The notes below the pieces were generated by a model that saw nothing but the letters and a program-made list of their open reading frames with translations, ran no database searches and was not told where the DNA came from. Below, piece by piece: positions 59,941 through 64,000 of a DNA stretch of 64,000 bases (position 1 is the stretch's first letter; each line of letters starts with the position of its first letter). A program made the position numbers and the translations under genes. This DNA comes from Nitrosopumilus sp. Its GTDB lineage: Archaea > Thermoproteota > Nitrososphaeria > Nitrososphaerales > Nitrosopumilaceae. The stretch lies in the NCBI GenBank assembly GCA_965204345.1, contig OZ241981.1:1184001-1248000 (forward strand), read 5' to 3'.

Positions 59941-60606
59941 TCAAGTTCTCATGATATCTGAGTGTAAAATATCATAAGCCCTTGATGAATCCCTTTCGTT
60001 TAGAACTATTATGATATTATCCTGGCTGAAAAATGCATTTACCAACTCAACCCCATTGGCATGCAATACCTCAGCTACATAGGATACTACATCTGATTGA
60101 TTCTGGGAGTCAGGCATTGAAATTCTAATTTTCGCAAGACCGGTGTTAAACATATCATCCTTTTCTGAAACATTGCTGAAAATTTGTCTAATATCATCCA
60201 TATCTTCAGCCAAAAACCTAAATGAATCAGAAAGTCTAAAAAAATCATAATTATTGGTTACCTTGGAAAATTTGTCTAAAATCGCCATAGGATCCATTTC
60301 ATTTGAATCCTTTGCTGAAAATTTAACATCCATTATACCATCCGTTAGAGCCAATCTTGCATTTTTCAAAACTGATTCTTCTTTGACCTCTTCCTTAGTC
60401 TCAAACGAGTCTGCATATCTTTTGATTGCAACAACTACGGTATTGAGATTTACAGTATTTCCTAGAATCTTTTCAATTTCTGGCTGAATTTTTACTGCCA
60501 AAGCTGTATAGTTTATCAAGTCCATTTTCATACAATCATAAACTGAACGATTTCTGGTTATGATCTCCCTTACAACTTCTGGTATGGACATGTTTATTGT
60601 CCTCAT
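59941..60606 (-). CDS. ACT-domain-containing protein
   Basis: INYTALA...VVAIKRY N-terminal motif and C-terminal ACT-like region. Confidence 0.75.
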   Translation of the reverse strand: MRTINMSIPEVVREIITRNRSVYDCMKMDLINYTALAVKIQPEIEKILGNTVNLNTVVVAIKRYADSFETKEEVKEESVLKNARLALTDGIMDVKFSAKDSNEMDPMAILDKFSKVTNNYDFFRLSDSFRFLAEDMDDIRQIFSNVSEKDDMFNTGLAKIRISMPDSQNQSDVVSYVAEVLHANGVELVNAFFSQDNIIIVLNERDSSRAYDILHSDIMRT

Positions 60607-60679
60607 TAAGATTATTATATTATGTCACTTATAATAGGATTATGTAAAAAATCAAAGAAATATTCATAATCTTTATATA

Positions 60680-61210
60680 ATGTCATACCTATTACATACT
60701 ATAGGTGAATATGACATGTTCTTTGATAGCGAAATTGATAGAATCTTCAAAAGAATGTCAAGCTCTTTTTTCAATGCAGATGACATTTTTGAAGAATTCA
60801 AGGGAAATGGTTCTGAATCTGGTCCATATTATTATGGTTACACAATGACCGTTGGGCCTGATGGAAAACCTGTTGTAAGGGAGTATGGAAGTCTCAAACC
60901 AGACCATCTGCCAGCTCCTGATACACGAGAACCACTTGTCGACATGATTGTCGATGAAAAAGAAAAAGTAGTAAAACTCATCTCTGAGATGCCAGGAGTT
61001 GAAAAATCTGATGTCAAGATTGTTGTTGAAAACAAGACAATAGATCTTTCAGCAAAACGTGATGATAAAAAATATCATGTTAGAATTCCTGTGCAACACA
61101 AAGTTGATGAAGACTCTGCAAGAGCTTCATACAAAAATGGAGTTTTACAAATTGTCTTCAACTTGACTGAAGATGAAAAACCCAAAGGCAAAACGGTGGA
61201 GGTTGAATAA
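60680..61210 (+). CDS. hsp20: Small heat-shock protein Hsp20
   Basis: GPDGKP..REYG, EMPGVEK and ASYKNGVL alpha-crystallin motifs; real start probably 50-nt-range downstream ATG (MFFDSE). Confidence 0.92.
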   Translation: MSYLLHTIGEYDMFFDSEIDRIFKRMSSSFFNADDIFEEFKGNGSESGPYYYGYTMTVGPDGKPVVREYGSLKPDHLPAPDTREPLVDMIVDEKEKVVKLISEMPGVEKSDVKIVVENKTIDLSAKRDDKKYHVRIPVQHKVDEDSARASYKNGVLQIVFNLTEDEKPKGKTVEVE

Positions 61211-61238
61211 ACCCCTCAATTTTTTTTGAGGTATTGAT

Positions 61239-63380
61239 ATGAGTGAAATAATTCTAAAAACTGCTGAGAGTCCACAACAACATGTTGGAAGAGGCAGAGC
61301 AATCGTTGATCCAAAAGTTATTGATGATCAAAAATGGAATACTGGACAAATTCTAGAATTAACATACAACAAAAAAACACATGTAAAACTTTGGCCCGGC
61401 GCACCTGAAGAATATGGCTCAGGCATTATCAAGATAGATGGAATGACAAGACAAAATATTGGTGTTGGAATCGGTGATAAAATTTCATTAAAGACAGTCA
61501 AAGCCGTACATGCCGAACAAATAGTTTTGTCACCAACTGAAAAAATTGCAGCAGAAGGATTACAAGAATACATGATTTACAACTATCTCAACCACGTATT
61601 TACGACCGGGGATTTAGTATCTCTTAATACACAAATGGGCAGCAGACTTCAATTTGTTGTAACAAGTACCAAACCGTCAAAACCTGTTATTGTAACGGGG
61701 AATACTGTATTTAAGCTTGGAACAATGACTAAGGCTATTGATTCATCAATACCAAGAATTACTTACGATGATCTTGGTGGCCTAAAAAATGAGGTGCAAA
61801 AAATTCGCGAAATGGTAGAATTACCCATGCGACATCCTGAACTATTTGACAAAATAGGCGTAGAGGCACCAAAAGGCGTGCTGTTGTACGGGCCTCCAGG
61901 AACCGGCAAGACACTACTTGCAAAAGCAGTAGCTGGAGAAACAAACGCCCATTTTATCTCCCTTAGTGGACCTGAAATTATGGGCAAACATTATGGGGAA
62001 AGTGAAGAAAGAATTAGAGAAATCTTTACTCAGGCAGAAGAAAATTCTCCAAGCATAATCTTCATAGACGAGATTGATTCGATTGCTCCAAAAAGAGACG
62101 AAGTTTCAGGCGAGCTAGAGAAAAGAATAGTCTCACAACTACTTACTCTCATGGATGGGATGAAGTCCAGAGGTAAGGTTGTTGTAGTTGCAGCTACCAA
62201 CAGGCCAGATTCAATTGATCCTGCATTGAGAAGGCCAGGAAGATTTGACAGGGAAATAGAAATTGGAATTCCTGACGACGAAGGAAGACTTGACATTCTT
62301 TCAATTCATACACGTGGCATGCCAATTGATGAAAAAGTAAACCTCAAACAAATCTCAAAAACCACGCATGGATTTGTAGGAGCTGACTTGGAATTATTAT
62401 CAAAAGAATCTGCTATGAGATCATTACGAAGAATTCTTCCAGAAATTGATCTAGATGAAGAAAAAATATCATCAGAAATCCTACAAAAGATCCAAATCAC
62501 TGATGAAGATTTTATGGATGCATTAAAAGAAGTCAGACCAAGTGCTCTCAGAGAAGTTCAAGTACAAATTCCTAATGTAAGTTGGGATAATGTTGGCGGT
62601 TTGAACGAACTCAAAGAAGAACTCAAAGAAGCTGTTGAATGGCCAATGAAATACAAAGATGCATATGATTATGTCAATGTAGAAACCCCAAAAGGAATTC
62701 TACTTCATGGTCCCCCAGGAACTGGCAAGACATTAATCGCAAAAGCGCTTGCAAAAATGACAGAGTCAAACTTTATCAGCATCAAAGGCCCGGAACTATT
62801 ATCAAAATGGGTTGGAGAATCTGAAAAAGGCGTTAGAGAAATATTCAGAAAGGCACGACAGGCTGCACCATGCATCATATTTTTAGATGAGGTAGATGCC
62901 CTTGTTCCAAGAAGGGGCAGTGGAGGTTCTGAGTCACATGTCACAGAAAACGTAGTCTCTCAAATTCTAACTGAAATTGATGGACTAGAAGAACTCCACA
63001 ATGTCTTGATAATTGGCGCTACAAACCGGCTAGATATTGTCGATGAAGCTCTTCTCAGACCTGGAAGATTTGATAGAATCATCAAAGTTCCAAACCCTGA
63101 TCAAAAAGGCAGAGAACACATCTTTGAGATTCATACAAAAAACAAGCCGCTTGCTACTGATGTAAAAATCTCAGAAATTGTCAAGATTACTGCCAATTTC
63201 AGCGGAGCGGAGATTGCCGCTGTCACAAACAGGGCAGCTATTACAGCCTTGAAGAGATATGTTGGCGGTAAATCAAAGAATGTCAGGGAGATTCAGATTA
63301 CTCAGCAAGATCTTGTTGATGCAGTAGATAAGGTAAGGCCTCAAAAGAAAGAGGCACCCATACCCGTATCCATAAAATAG
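61239..63380 (+). CDS. cdc48: CDC48/VCP-family AAA+ ATPase
   Basis: N domain plus two AAA modules (GPPGTGKT twice, IDEID/LDEVD, RPGRFDR). Confidence 0.95.
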   Translation: MSEIILKTAESPQQHVGRGRAIVDPKVIDDQKWNTGQILELTYNKKTHVKLWPGAPEEYGSGIIKIDGMTRQNIGVGIGDKISLKTVKAVHAEQIVLSPTEKIAAEGLQEYMIYNYLNHVFTTGDLVSLNTQMGSRLQFVVTSTKPSKPVIVTGNTVFKLGTMTKAIDSSIPRITYDDLGGLKNEVQKIREMVELPMRHPELFDKIGVEAPKGVLLYGPPGTGKTLLAKAVAGETNAHFISLSGPEIMGKHYGESEERIREIFTQAEENSPSIIFIDEIDSIAPKRDEVSGELEKRIVSQLLTLMDGMKSRGKVVVVAATNRPDSIDPALRRPGRFDREIEIGIPDDEGRLDILSIHTRGMPIDEKVNLKQISKTTHGFVGADLELLSKESAMRSLRRILPEIDLDEEKISSEILQKIQITDEDFMDALKEVRPSALREVQVQIPNVSWDNVGGLNELKEELKEAVEWPMKYKDAYDYVNVETPKGILLHGPPGTGKTLIAKALAKMTESNFISIKGPELLSKWVGESEKGVREIFRKARQAAPCIIFLDEVDALVPRRGSGGSESHVTENVVSQILTEIDGLEELHNVLIIGATNRLDIVDEALLRPGRFDRIIKVPNPDQKGREHIFEIHTKNKPLATDVKISEIVKITANFSGAEIAAVTNRAAITALKRYVGGKSKNVREIQITQQDLVDAVDKVRPQKKEAPIPVSIK

Positions 63381-63409
63381 TCTAAATACTAAGGAAATGA
63401 CGTAGAAAC

Positions 63410-63628
63410 ATGAAACTCTATCTTGACTTTGAACCATGCAAAGAATGTAACGAAATGATGACCGGATTAAGCAGCCCTGAAATGCTGTTTGCAGATGAGA
63501 AAACAAGGGTAGACGAATCAGCAAAATTTCTCAGGCACCTAACCTATAACCACAACGAGGTCGTTCAAGCTGTTATGGAAGATCTTCCAAAACAAAAAAG
63601 AGACCAGGAACCGGATTTTTACAAGTAA
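63410..63628 (+). CDS. Small hypothetical protein (CxxC...HxxxxH)
   Basis: 72 aa ORF with CKEC and HLTYNH. Confidence 0.65.
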   Translation: MKLYLDFEPCKECNEMMTGLSSPEMLFADEKTRVDESAKFLRHLTYNHNEVVQAVMEDLPKQKRDQEPDFYK

Positions 63629-63699
63629 TAATTTATTATTAAAAACTGATGGTCATATTCATATACAAAACTGTTCTAATATTTTTGTGAAATGATAAA

Positions 63700-64000
63700 A
63701 TGAAAATTGGATTTTTTTTTAGTGTATTACTATTGCTTGTGACCGTTAGTTTTTTACAGTTCACATTAGCATTTGAACCAGAACCCCCACAAATTCCTGA
63801 ACCCGGCCCCGAACCAGAGCCCATACCAACACCGGATCCCACGCCACCTCCCAACCCCTTTCCTAAAGAATCCAGTTCAGAAAAGATTCAACGACTAGTT
63901 GATGAAAATGACAAATTAAAAAGTCAGAACGCTGATCTTCACAATGAAATATCTTCATTAAAAAATGACAAGTTAAGATTACAAGACGAAATATTACAAC
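63700..64000 (+). CDS. Secreted protein with Pro/Glu-rich linker and coiled coil (runs off the window end)
   Basis: Manual translation MKIGFFFSVLLLLVTVSFLQFTLAFEPEPPQIPEPGPEPEPIPTPDPTPPPNPF...IQRLVDENDKLKSQN; open to 64000. Confidence 0.75.
   Translation, partial: MKIGFFFSVLLLLVTVSFLQFTLAFEPEPPQIPEPGPEPEPIPTPDPTPPPNPFPKESSSEKIQRLVDENDKLKSQNADLHNEISSLKNDKLRLQDEILQ

Noticed and set aside
2744-63524. Numerous 60-140 aa track ORFs overlapping long genes on the opposite strand or in other frames
   Set aside because: Contained in or largely overlapping well-supported genes and lacking recognisable motifs; treated as shadow ORFs
63639-63854. Gly-rich minus-strand ORF in the track
   Set aside because: Antisense shadow of the Pro/Glu-rich linker of the plus-strand gene starting at 63700

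Overview
AT-rich archaeal chromosome segment. Gene content and order (PolD DP1/DP2, PCNA, GINS, Cdc6 with ORB boxes, thermosome, GGGP synthase, PEF-/CFI-box-CTERM surface proteins, MtrA-like domain, many TTG starts) point to an ammonia-oxidising archaeon of the Nitrosopumilus group. Most of the window is core housekeeping DNA, with one tRNA-Pro(GGG) and the probable replication origin at about 51.5-52.4 kb. Main unusual points: (1) a ~3.9 kb decayed integrative island (14560-18495) bounded by a 9-bp direct repeat. It holds a dead tyrosine integrase, a 323-bp element with 33-bp inverted ends, the left end of an IS481-like element and a dead PIN gene. Its only intact genes are a DprA + phosphoribosyltransferase pair resembling the bacterial ShosTA anti-phage toxin-antitoxin system. 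(2) The origin-associated cdc6 has lost its 5' end, including the first Walker A glycine. (3) A KamA-family aminomutase, a second glnA and a divergent MscS may form a beta-glutamate/beta-glutamine osmolyte module. (4) Several microproteins and repeat motifs are missing from the ORF track. All calls come from reading motifs by eye; no database searches were run.
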